From positions 66,215 to 130,214 of the forward strand of contig CAWBTT010000004.1 in NCBI GenBank assembly GCA_963791815.1: a stretch of DNA of 64,000 bases. Reading direction: 5' to 3'. The notes below the pieces were generated by a model. The model was not told the DNA's origin. It saw only the letters and a program-made list of their open reading frames with translations, and made no database searches. Origin of the DNA: an uncultured Candidatus Micrarchaeota archaeon. GTDB taxonomy: Archaea; Micrarchaeota; Micrarchaeia; Anstonellales; Bilamarchaeaceae. Made by a program: the position numbers and the translations under genes. Of this stretch, positions 17,860-26,251 are shown piece by piece; the first letter of the stretch is position 1, and each line of letters opens with the position of its first letter.

Positions 17860-19095
17860 TTCTTTAGCCTCGCATGATGAGTGATGGCGTTGTGAGCCAT
17901 CAAACGTATCGCGTTTATCTTTATGAAGCCTTCTGAATCCTTCTGGTTGAATCCTCCCTCAATGTCCATGCTGGACAAATCCTTCTCGTAAAGAGAGCTT
18001 GGGGATTCTCGCCCTTCGATTGTAATATTGCCTTTGTAGAGTGAGAGATGCACGACTCCGTCGATGATTTCCTGGCTCTTGTTTATTGCGGCCATCAGGA
18101 ATTCCATCTCAGGAGAATACCAGAAACCATAGTAGACGATTTCCGCGAATTTTGGCGCGAGCATATCACGAAGACGCATGACCTCACGGTCCATTGCTAT
18201 TGATTCAATGTCCATGTGGGCTGCGCGCAGGATTGTTGCTCCAGGAGTCTCATATACCCCTCTTGATTTGATTCCGACAAATCTGTTCTCAACAATGTCT
18301 ATTCTTCCGATTGCGTTTTCTGCGCCAAGTTCATTGAGATATTGGTAAAGTTCAAGAGGATCCGTCTTTACGGTGCCATCGTCCTTGTTCACAACCTTGA
18401 CAGGTTCTCCGTCCTTGAAATGAATCTCAAGCTTTGGTTTCCTTATCCGGCGCGTCCTTTGGAGATTTGGTCCATTTGAATATGTCGGCACTGGGAGCAG
18501 TCATTGGATCCTCAAGGACTCCGGACTCATAGCTGATGTGCATGATATTTTCGTCCATGCTGTATGGTTTTGCATGTGTCGCAGTGACTGGGATTCCCTT
18601 TTCTTTGGCGTAGTTCAGAAGGTCTGTCCTTCCCTTGAATTTTGAGAGGAATTCCTCATCCTTCCATGGAGCGATTACCTTGATTTTTGGGTTGAGGGCG
18701 TAATAGGTGAGCTCGAATCTGACCTGGTCATTGCCTTTGCCGGTTGCTCCGTGAGAAACGTACTGTGCTCCTTCCTTTTCTGCTATTTCAATCTGTTTCT
18801 TTGCGATTACTGGCCTTGCCAAACCAGTTCCAAGAAGGTATCTCCCCTCATAGATTGCGTTTGCCTTGATTGCCGGAAATATGAAATCAGTGACGAATTC
18901 CTTCTGCAGATTCTCAACATAGACCTTTGATGCTCCGATTTCCAATGCCTTTTTCTTTGCTGCTTCGAAATCCTCATCCTGGCCAACATCCGCCATGTAG
19001 GCGATTACATCGTAGCCTTTTTCGACTAGCCATTTGAGTATGCACGAAGTGTCAAGTCCTCCCGAATATGCTAATATAACTTTTTCCATTATCAA
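17856..19095 (-). pseudogene. argG: Argininosuccinate synthase with one frameshift
   Basis: AYSGGLDTS and [14 protein letters not shown] are in the 5' ORF. The 3' ORF continues ...[12 protein letters not shown]. The junction is at the TTT run 18433-18435. The stop overlaps the argH start (ATGA). Confidence 0.9.
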
Positions 19096-19172
19096 AACCT
19101 CAATCTAGGCGTTTAGTTCTGAATAGTGTTAGCCCGAATCAGGCTTATAAGTATTCCGTAAAACTTGTTACA

Positions 19173-19180
19173 TTTATATA
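19173..19180 (+). promoter_or_regulatory. Candidate TATA box (TTTATATA)
   Basis: Centred about 27 nt upstream of ATG 19204. Confidence 0.4.
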
Positions 19181-19203
19181 GAGTTTTGTTACAAATAGAA
19201 CAT

Positions 19204-19797
19204 ATGGAAAACATCTCCAACCTGGTCTGGCTATATGTGAAGAGAAGGCCATACCTGAAAGAAGTCATCCGCGAGGGAGTGGTCAATTATTCAGCCCTGG
19301 CAAGAAAAATTTCAATTGAGGCTTTTGGAGATGTCAAAAAGGAAAACGCTATCAAGATGGCGCTGATTCGGCTCACAAAAAGAATGGAGGATTTGGAATC
19401 TGATATTGAAGAAAGAATACTCCGACTCCTGAAAAACAGCTCAATGCTCATCAAAAGCAAGGTGGCCGTGGTCATCTCCACAAGGCAACTGGAAGGGGTC
19501 AAACCCCTCTCATTTGCCAAATCTGGAAGGAACATCACATACATAATCGAGCAGAGGGAGCTTGATGGGCTTGAGAAGAGGCCATCCCGGGTAGAGGAGA
19601 ACCTGAACCTGATTACAATAGAGAGCCCTGAAGAACTAGAGGAAGTTCCAGGAGTGATATCCTACATCCTTGGGGCTCTTGCTTCTGAGGGAATCAACGT
19701 CGTTGAGTTCATCTCATGTTACACTGACACTCTTCTAGTCATTCGACAGGCTGATACCGAAGCGGCATTCAGGATATTATCAAAGATAATGGAGTAA
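19204..19797 (+). CDS. ACT-domain regulator-like protein (COG2150-type)
   Basis: The C-terminal block VPGVISYILGALASEGINVVEFISCYTDTLLVIRQADTEAAF is ACT-like. The gene is divergent from argG. Confidence 0.5.
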   Translation: MENISNLVWLYVKRRPYLKEVIREGVVNYSALARKISIEAFGDVKKENAIKMALIRLTKRMEDLESDIEERILRLLKNSSMLIKSKVAVVISTRQLEGVKPLSFAKSGRNITYIIEQRELDGLEKRPSRVEENLNLITIESPEELEEVPGVISYILGALASEGINVVEFISCYTDTLLVIRQADTEAAFRILSKIME

Positions 19798-19925
19798 CAT
19801 AATTTTCAGATTCTCTCAAGGATTTTCAAAAAAAAACATTTATAAAAGTTGTCTGGTTGGGCTCTCTAGAAATGACTTCACAAGGCGATACTAGTACGCA
19901 TTTGTGAGGAGAACGGATTGATAGA

Positions 19926-21242
19926 ATGAATAGAAGAAACTCTAGAGTACGGAATAATAGTGGAATGTCCAGGGGACGGTTCCTCAGGACTGCAGGATTG
20001 GGCGCAGCAGGCGTCGGAGCCACCATGGTAGGAATGAGCGGCGTCGCAAGCGCTGCAGCATATAATGAAGGCCCTAAAACAATAAATGTCGGGGGAGTCT
20101 TGGCCGATGTTAAAACACGTCCTGTAAGTACTCCTGGCTGGGGTCCAGGTTATTTAAAGGTAGCTAGCCATCCGGATTTCTATGGTTTTTGGCAGAATTC
20201 GGCTCCAGCTGATGAGAACGGAAATTTGATAGCAGACCACCCGATTAATGCGACTATGCATCCCCTAACAAACCAACCATGGCCAATGCCTTGGGGCATT
20301 GAAGCGGATTTTGCCAGGGCAATTGCTGCGGCTATATTTGGATGGCAAAATGCGTTCAAAATTCAGTGGGTACCAACTGACTCAACAGACAGATTCGTAA
20401 AACTATACGACAAATTTGTCGATGTGAGCATCAGGACATGCACCAATACAACAGACCGAGACACCGCAATAGCCTTTACATCTGCAGTTGAAGGGTCTGT
20501 TGAGGCAGGTTTCGAATTTATGCCCACGTACTTCTACGATGGCGCCAATGTGTTATTATCTGAAGGCGCACCAGCAACTGCGAATATCGCGGTTGCAGCT
20601 CCGACAACTTCTTCTGAGGTTCTTGAGGCGGCAATACAAAGATTCGGTTTGAGCTGGAATGTCGTTTCTGTGGGTGCATCGACTGTGGATGCTAAGAACG
20701 CTTGGGCTACAGGCACTTACAATGGAACACCAATACATGGATTCTGCACAGACACTAGCGGTCTTATCGCTGCTGCTCTGGAATTCCCAGATGTTCCTGC
20801 CAGCCTCTACTTCGCTAACCCCCTCTCTAAAGAGCCGCTCGCTGCATTTACGAGGGAAGATGATCCGCACTGGTCTGACCTTGTAAGGTGGGTTTTCTAT
20901 GTGCTGCTTGAAGCTGAAGAACGTGGCATCACCCAGGCAAATGTAAATGATGCTGCAAATGCAGACTTCGGAAAATTCACCATCCAGAACAATTCGGGCA
21001 AATACACCTACCAGGTTCTTGGTTTGGGTCCTGAGTGGGCAAAGGACATCATCAGGGCTGTCGGAAACTACGGCGAGATATATGAGAGAAACCTCTGGGA
21101 GGATGCCTGGTATATTTTCAAGCAAGTGCCGCCAGTGAATGCATCTCCTAATGCAAGACCGCGCTGGACAACCCAAAAAACCAGAGGAGCAAACGACATT
21201 TGGACAAATGGTGGACTGCTTTACTCGCCTGCCTTCAGGTAA
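19926..21242 (+). CDS. AapJ/BztA-type general amino-acid ABC transporter substrate-binding protein (orphan)
   Basis: Blocks match AapJ as I remember it: ADFARAIAAAIFG, LSKEPLAAFTREDDPHWSDLVRWV, GITQANVND, VGNYGEIYERN and GGLLYSPAFR. The N-terminal signal SRGRFLRTAGLGAAGVGA is Tat-like. Confidence 0.75.
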   Translation: MNRRNSRVRNNSGMSRGRFLRTAGLGAAGVGATMVGMSGVASAAAYNEGPKTINVGGVLADVKTRPVSTPGWGPGYLKVASHPDFYGFWQNSAPADENGNLIADHPINATMHPLTNQPWPMPWGIEADFARAIAAAIFGWQNAFKIQWVPTDSTDRFVKLYDKFVDVSIRTCTNTTDRDTAIAFTSAVEGSVEAGFEFMPTYFYDGANVLLSEGAPATANIAVAAPTTSSEVLEAAIQRFGLSWNVVSVGASTVDAKNAWATGTYNGTPIHGFCTDTSGLIAAALEFPDVPASLYFANPLSKEPLAAFTREDDPHWSDLVRWVFYVLLEAEERGITQANVNDAANADFGKFTIQNNSGKYTYQVLGLGPEWAKDIIRAVGNYGEIYERNLWEDAWYIFKQVPPVNASPNARPRWTTQKTRGANDIWTNGGLLYSPAFR

Positions 21243-21243
21243 C

Positions 21244-21273
21244 CTTTTTTTCTTTTTCATCTTTTTTATTTTC
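21244..21273 (+). terminator. Oligo-T tract cluster
   Basis: Several T5-T7 runs lie immediately after the stop at 21242. Archaeal intrinsic terminators are oligo-T. Confidence 0.4.
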
Positions 21274-21339
21274 TACAAAAAAACGATTTCTTGAGCTTTC
21301 ATTCCGCCTATTGGGAGCGAATAAAAACCTCACTAGTGA

Positions 21340-21732
21340 ATGGAATCCATGAACCCGATTAAAGCTATTGGAATGGCCATTGGCGGGGTCGTCATTGGTA
21401 TAATGGTAGTCGTGGTTGGAATCATCGGAATATTCCTTTTCGCGATTCTTGGGGCGCTGATTGGCGCTATTACTGGATTCATACTTTCTTACACTCCAAT
21501 TCTCGGAGATTTGGTAAGAGAGGGATTCACAGCAGTGCTTGAGGTGCAGAACCCAGACCTTGTCTCAATAGGCGCAATGCTTGGTTTCATTGCAGGATTC
21601 TTCAAGAACTGGAGCGGTGGGACCCACCATGAATCTCATGAAGATAAGAAAGAGTCGCCCTGCGATGACTGGTCTTCAGAAGACATCCCGGAAGTCCACA
21701 TCGACGTAAAACCAAGAAAGAAGAAAAAGTAA
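21340..21732 (+). CDS. Small membrane protein with an acidic/Lys-rich tail
   Basis: Gly/Ile-rich helices GGVVIGIMVVVVGIIGIFLFAILGALIGAITGFIL, then a C-terminal KPRKKKK. Confidence 0.35.
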   Translation: MESMNPIKAIGMAIGGVVIGIMVVVVGIIGIFLFAILGALIGAITGFILSYTPILGDLVREGFTAVLEVQNPDLVSIGAMLGFIAGFFKNWSGGTHHESHEDKKESPCDDWSSEDIPEVHIDVKPRKKKK

Positions 21733-21737
21733 TAGAA

Positions 21738-23381
21738 TCAGTTTCTATTTTTTCTTTTCGTTACTTTCTCGAGCGTTGCCATAGCAACCGCAGTATAGGT
21801 TGTTCGAAGAGATTCTGATGCCACCCTCCTCGCAAATTCTGGCACCTTCTCATCAGCTATTATCGACGCAACTCCAGCAAAATCAAGTTCCTGGCTAAGA
21901 AGTGCTGTGGCTCTTAATCCGCAGGTGATGGAGATTTCCCTGGGAATATCCTCCCTTCTTGAAGTTTCCAGCAGCTCTTCGACCTGGTCGCTGTAGAGAA
22001 GGTCTTGCAGCAGTGAAATGGCCCTGTCTTTGGCCAGTGTTCTGACGTCATCATCCAATGTTTCCAATCCATTAATCATGCTCAGACCGGCATAATCCCC
22101 AGTTTCTTCAAACAGCTCAATGGTCCGGTTTGCTAAATGTTCCCTTACAGAAGGAGGCAGAGATTCGTCTGATAATATCTCCAGATATCCTTCTTGAGTG
22201 GAGCTAATTTCAATTTTTTTTATGGCTGCCTTCTGGATGTTTCCCTCAGCGAGAACTCGGAATTCCCCACCTACAAAAGAATCTTTGGCCAGTGCAATTA
22301 GTTCGGGATAAGCACCAGAAAGTGTTAGTTGTCGTATTTCTTGTTCTATTTTAAACTTGACTTCAACGTAGGCCCTTCTAAGGCCCCTATCATGACCTTG
22401 GTCGCGCAGTTGTTCAAGATACGAACTAGCAGCCTCACGAACCGCATGCGGATAACGAAGACCGTTTGCAAGCATGAAGGCATTCTGTGCCCTTGATTTA
22501 ACGAATCTCTGGACTTTCATGATTTCCAGGGCATCCCATGCGAATTGTTCTCTCAAATCAGAAGGGAATTGTTCGCATACTGAAAGTTCCAATAGTCTTT
22601 TGATGCGGCCTTTTTCCTTGCTAATCCCCATAATAAAATCATCTGCCGCAATTACCAGCAAATCATAAAGCGATTGCTCATGCTCTAAATCAAAATCTTG
22701 AAGCAGCCGCTCAACATTGAAGAACTTATTAGGATTGCTCTTCAAGAACTTTTCAACACCGCCGATTAGAGAGGTTTTGGCATATTCTCGAACTTCCTCG
22801 GGTATTTCAGGGTCTTTGGCTAAGCCAGATAAAATTTTGATATGGTTTGGATACTCTGCCAGTTGAGAATGATAGTCAACCAGCAGCTTCCCGACCTTCA
22901 AACGCAGGCCATATGAAAGTGATTCTCTCCTAAGAGCAGATGAAAAGAGTTTTTTTGAAGTGGCTCCTAGATAAGGTATAACGCATAAATCTGTAGCCTT
23001 GTCCAAAGCGGCCTCACGAACAGATTTTGGTAAACGGAAACTCCGATACATTTTTTGAAGATACTCTGAAGCGACATCCTCATCAGATTCAAAATAATCT
23101 AGGTGTTTGATTCTCTTTCGAAAAAAGTGATACAGTCGAGGGCTGTCAACACCTTCAGCAATAAAACGAACTGCCGCTAGTCCGGCCCGCTCTCTTGTCT
23201 CAGCGGAAAGGTCCTGGCTTTTTGCACATCTTTCCAATCCACCTACATCCCTGGACTCCAATAATGCATTAATCATTTTTTCTGAGCCAATTCTGGACTC
23301 GTGTAAAGGCTCGGCATTTGTACCCTTTTCTTTAGGTGCTTTGCTGGCCTTGCAGTTTAGCTTTCTACCCTTCATACCCAT
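21738..23381 (-). CDS. HEAT/PBS-lyase-like alpha-solenoid repeat protein
   Basis: Recurrent P..VRE.A...L units are present, such as PKSVREAALD, PEEVREYAKT, PHAVREAASS and PPSVREHLAN. Confidence 0.4.
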   Translation of the reverse strand: MGMKGRKLNCKASKAPKEKGTNAEPLHESRIGSEKMINALLESRDVGGLERCAKSQDLSAETRERAGLAAVRFIAEGVDSPRLYHFFRKRIKHLDYFESDEDVASEYLQKMYRSFRLPKSVREAALDKATDLCVIPYLGATSKKLFSSALRRESLSYGLRLKVGKLLVDYHSQLAEYPNHIKILSGLAKDPEIPEEVREYAKTSLIGGVEKFLKSNPNKFFNVERLLQDFDLEHEQSLYDLLVIAADDFIMGISKEKGRIKRLLELSVCEQFPSDLREQFAWDALEIMKVQRFVKSRAQNAFMLANGLRYPHAVREAASSYLEQLRDQGHDRGLRRAYVEVKFKIEQEIRQLTLSGAYPELIALAKDSFVGGEFRVLAEGNIQKAAIKKIEISSTQEGYLEILSDESLPPSVREHLANRTIELFEETGDYAGLSMINGLETLDDDVRTLAKDRAISLLQDLLYSDQVEELLETSRREDIPREISITCGLRATALLSQELDFAGVASIIADEKVPEFARRVASESLRTTYTAVAMATLEKVTKRKNRN

Positions 23382-23437
23382 GACCAGACATTAATATACA
23401 CAATAGGGATTATAAATGGGTGGAATAATCAGAATAT

Positions 23438-23584
23438 CGGGCCCGGGGGGATTTGAACCCCCGGCCTACAGCTTTCTCCAGCCCATTAAAGGCATAGAAG
23501 GCTGCCGCTCTATCCAAGTTGCTCAAGCTTTCTGAGAGTTTTTGGTTAAGGTTTTTCCCAAAAAGCTTACTGAGCTACGAGCCC
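23438..23584 (-). tRNA. tRNA-Arg(UCU) with two introns (D-loop and 37/38)
   Basis: Minus-strand read: GGGCTCG TA GCTCAG [51 nt] CTTGGATAGAGC G GCAGC CTTCTA [21 nt] A GCTGT AGGCC GGGGG TTCAAAT CCCCC CGGGCCC G. The spliced length is 75 nt. Confidence 0.8.
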
Positions 23585-23609
23585 ATCAAATAAGATAAGA
23601 AAAGAAAAA

Positions 23610-23684
23610 CTAATACTCGTCGTCGTCTTCCTCTTCCCACGAATCCTCGAAGTCATCATCTTCGAATTCTTCCTCTTCGTCCAT
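23610..23684 (-). CDS. Acidic micro-ORF B (24 aa: MDEEEEFEDDDFEDSWEEEDDDEY)
   Basis: ATG is preceded by GGTGTCACT (SD-like GGTG). It is a paralogue of micro-ORF A, 18 nt upstream. Confidence 0.35.
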   Translation of the reverse strand: MDEEEEFEDDDFEDSWEEEDDDEY

Positions 23685-23701
23685 AAGTGACACCTGGGGC
23701 A

Positions 23702-23773
23702 TTACTCCTCGTCCTCTTCTCCCCATTCTTCCTCTTCGAAATCATCATCTTCCCATTCTTCGTCTTCGTCCAT
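23702..23773 (-). CDS. Acidic micro-ORF A (23 aa: MDEDEEWEDDDFEEEEWGEEDEE)
   Basis: It has the same GGTGTCACT-N1-ATGGACGAAGA start context as ORF B. Confidence 0.35.
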   Translation of the reverse strand: MDEDEEWEDDDFEEEEWGEEDEE

Positions 23774-23851
23774 TAGTGACACCAGCGAACCTATAATGTA
23801 GAACGTATTTAAAAGATTTCCAGTGCGTTTATCGACGAAGAGGCCAAAATC

Positions 23852-24313
23852 ATGGATTTACTAAGGATAAACTGGCAAACTGCCATTCAAAATTGCGAGG
23901 AACTTTCAGGCAAAATTGACTTCAAACCAGATATAATTGTAGGAATATCAAGGGGAGGGCTGGTCCCTGCAAGGATTATGAGTGACATCCTTGGTATTAG
24001 GGAAGTTGCCATACTCGGGATAAGATTCTACAAGGAAATTGGCAAAGCCGAAGAAAAACCAGTGATTACCCAGGATATCTCAATAGACATTAGGGAAAAG
24101 AGAATACTGATTGTTGATGATGTTGCTGACAGCGGCAAGAGTTTGATTTTCGCAAAGGAATACCTGAAAGAGGCAAAGGAAGTGAAAACAGCCACACTGC
24201 ACTACAAGCCAGTCTCAGAATACAAGCCAGACTATTTCGTCGCAAGTACGACTGCCTGGATAGTATACCCATGGGAAATACACGAGATTGAGCGCGAGCT
24301 TACTTCAGCCTAA
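23852..24313 (+). CDS. Purine phosphoribosyltransferase (Hpt/Gpt-like)
   Basis: PRPP-binding motif ILIVDDVADSGKSL. 153 aa. Confidence 0.75.
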   Translation: MDLLRINWQTAIQNCEELSGKIDFKPDIIVGISRGGLVPARIMSDILGIREVAILGIRFYKEIGKAEEKPVITQDISIDIREKRILIVDDVADSGKSLIFAKEYLKEAKEVKTATLHYKPVSEYKPDYFVASTTAWIVYPWEIHEIERELTSA

Positions 24314-26213
24314 GAGCCTCTAAGTCCGCTATTGCCCTTGTCTCTTTCCTCATCATGCTTCCGATTGAGCGTGAGAACTCCTCGGTCTTGTTCCAGTCAC
24401 CGTGCATTGTAAAGACACGCTCAGGGCTGGGCCGAAGGTTCTTCAGGTAAGCCATGAGCTGCGCGCGGTCACTGTGTCCTGAGAATCCTTCTGCAGTCTC
24501 GATTCTCATGTTGATTTTCAGGGACTTCATTTTCCCATCATCACCAAGCATCGGAACTTCCTTCATCCCCCTCTGGATTTTGCTTCCAAGAGAAAGTGCG
24601 CTCTGATAGCCGCAGAAGACAAGAGTGTTCTTCTCATCATCTGCCAAAAGCTTGAGGTATTCGTACGAAGGACCGCCGGTAAGCATACCAGATGGTGCCA
24701 GAATGACTGCAGGCTCATCAGGTTCAACTATGCTTTCCTTGCTCGTTCCCTTTGCCACCTTTAGTATTGGCGACTCGAATGGGCTCCTGTCTGAAAGGAT
24801 TCTCCTCTGGAGCTGTTCTCTCAGATATTCAGGATAAGCAGTGTGGATTGCAGATGCCTCAAGCACCATACCATCGATGTAGACTGGCATATTGAAATCC
24901 GGGTCCCTTCTTGCGAATTCCTCTATAACGAGCATGATTTCCTGAGACCTTCCTACAGCGAATACAGGTATCAGGACCTTTCCGCGCTTCTCCGCTGTTT
25001 CACGGATTATGCGCATAAGCCTCTTCTCGCTTTCAAAGCGGTTCACTGAAATGTCGTTCCGTCCACCATAAGTACTCTCAATGAAGAGAGTTTCCAATCT
25101 GGGGAACCTTGTATTGGCTGGCTCAAAGAGCCTTGTGAAGCCGAATTTGAGGTCTGCTGAGTAAACGAGGTTGTGTGCTCCTTCACCTATATGAAGATGT
25201 ACGCTTGAACTTCCAAGGATGTGCCCTGCATTGTAGAGGGTCATCTTGATTTCAGGGGTGATGTCAACAACTTCCTCATAGTCAACAGTAATCACGTTTC
25301 GAAGTTCTCTCTGGATGTCCTTCTTCTTGTATGGAGCATCAACATTGAAGACCTTGTTGCAAAGGTTCAGGTAGTCCTGCTGAAGGAGTGCCATGAAGTC
25401 CCTCGTTGGGGGAGTACAATAGACCGGCCCTTCATACCCATATGCAAAAAGGTATGGAAGGAATCCCATGTGGTCCATGTGGCCGTGGCTGATAACTACC
25501 GCATCAACGTCTTTCATTGAGAATCCTGCCATGTTCAGGTATGGATACGCTTTGGTTGGATCTGAAGTTGCAGGGTTAACACCGCAGTCGATAATCACTT
25601 TGCTGTGCGGTGTCTGGACCAGCAGACATGAACGTCCGATTTCCCGGAAACCTCCGAGTGCCATTACACGAATCCAGTCTCCTGGAGGGGATGACTGGCA
25701 GATTTTCTTTCCAATAGTGACAAGGAACTTCTTCCGGTCAGCTGCTTCCATAACGGCGCTCTTGCGAACTCCGTCCAGAGTTGCTGATGGCATTGTTGGG
25801 GCCCTCAACGTAACTGGTGACCATTTTGTCCTTAGCATGACTTCCTTCAGGATTGAGCCCCCCTTACCAATTACAAGGCCTGGCTTGATTGCCTCAATCC
25901 TAACTTCGCACATCTCAGGAACAAAGGTGATGCCCTTGATTTCAGCCTCTTGCGGAACTAACTCTCTGATTAGTCTCTCTGCTTTGTCTGTCTGCAGAAG
26001 TTCCTTTGGGTCAACACGAATCGTGACCTTTTTCTTTAATGCGCTGGCAAGCTCTTTGATGAGCCGGTCATTCCTGTAAAATGCCTCAATGTTCTTGATG
26101 TAGATAACTGTGGAAAGTCCCTCAGGCTCGACCTTTGTGACTTCACAGTCTCGTGGCATTATCTCTTCAATCTTTTTTACAATATCCTTATAGTGCAATT
26201 TAGTACACCTCAC
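24300..26213 (-). CDS. aCPSF1 beta-CASP/metallo-beta-lactamase ribonuclease with N-terminal KH domains
   Basis: About 635 aa. KH region GKGGSILKEV, MBL motif VISHGHMDHMG and a beta-CASP region are present. The exact start is uncertain: GTG 26213, or TTG 26198 preceded by GAGGTG. Confidence 0.9.
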   Translation of the reverse strand: MRCTKLHYKDIVKKIEEIMPRDCEVTKVEPEGLSTVIYIKNIEAFYRNDRLIKELASALKKKVTIRVDPKELLQTDKAERLIRELVPQEAEIKGITFVPEMCEVRIEAIKPGLVIGKGGSILKEVMLRTKWSPVTLRAPTMPSATLDGVRKSAVMEAADRKKFLVTIGKKICQSSPPGDWIRVMALGGFREIGRSCLLVQTPHSKVIIDCGVNPATSDPTKAYPYLNMAGFSMKDVDAVVISHGHMDHMGFLPYLFAYGYEGPVYCTPPTRDFMALLQQDYLNLCNKVFNVDAPYKKKDIQRELRNVITVDYEEVVDITPEIKMTLYNAGHILGSSSVHLHIGEGAHNLVYSADLKFGFTRLFEPANTRFPRLETLFIESTYGGRNDISVNRFESEKRLMRIIRETAEKRGKVLIPVFAVGRSQEIMLVIEEFARRDPDFNMPVYIDGMVLEASAIHTAYPEYLREQLQRRILSDRSPFESPILKVAKGTSKESIVEPDEPAVILAPSGMLTGGPSYEYLKLLADDEKNTLVFCGYQSALSLGSKIQRGMKEVPMLGDDGKMKSLKINMRIETAEGFSGHSDRAQLMAYLKNLRPSPERVFTMHGDWNKTEEFSRSIGSMMRKETRAIADLEALRLK

Positions 26214-26251
26214 AAATGAATATGAAACTTAGTTAAAATGAAAAAAGAAAA

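Noticed and set aside
20556-21260. 234-aa minus-strand ORF
   Set aside because: It lies entirely antisense to the well-supported AapJ-like gene. Its sequence is Cys/Arg/Ser-rich with no motifs, which is typical of a shadow ORF in a GC-richer gene.
25468-26079. 203-aa plus-strand ORF (and similar ones at 28501-29214, 27108-27545 and 33964-34308)
   Set aside because: These are antisense to strongly supported genes (aCPSF1, P-type ATPase, DUF853 ATPase). Their translations are low-complexity Ser/Pro/Thr-rich.
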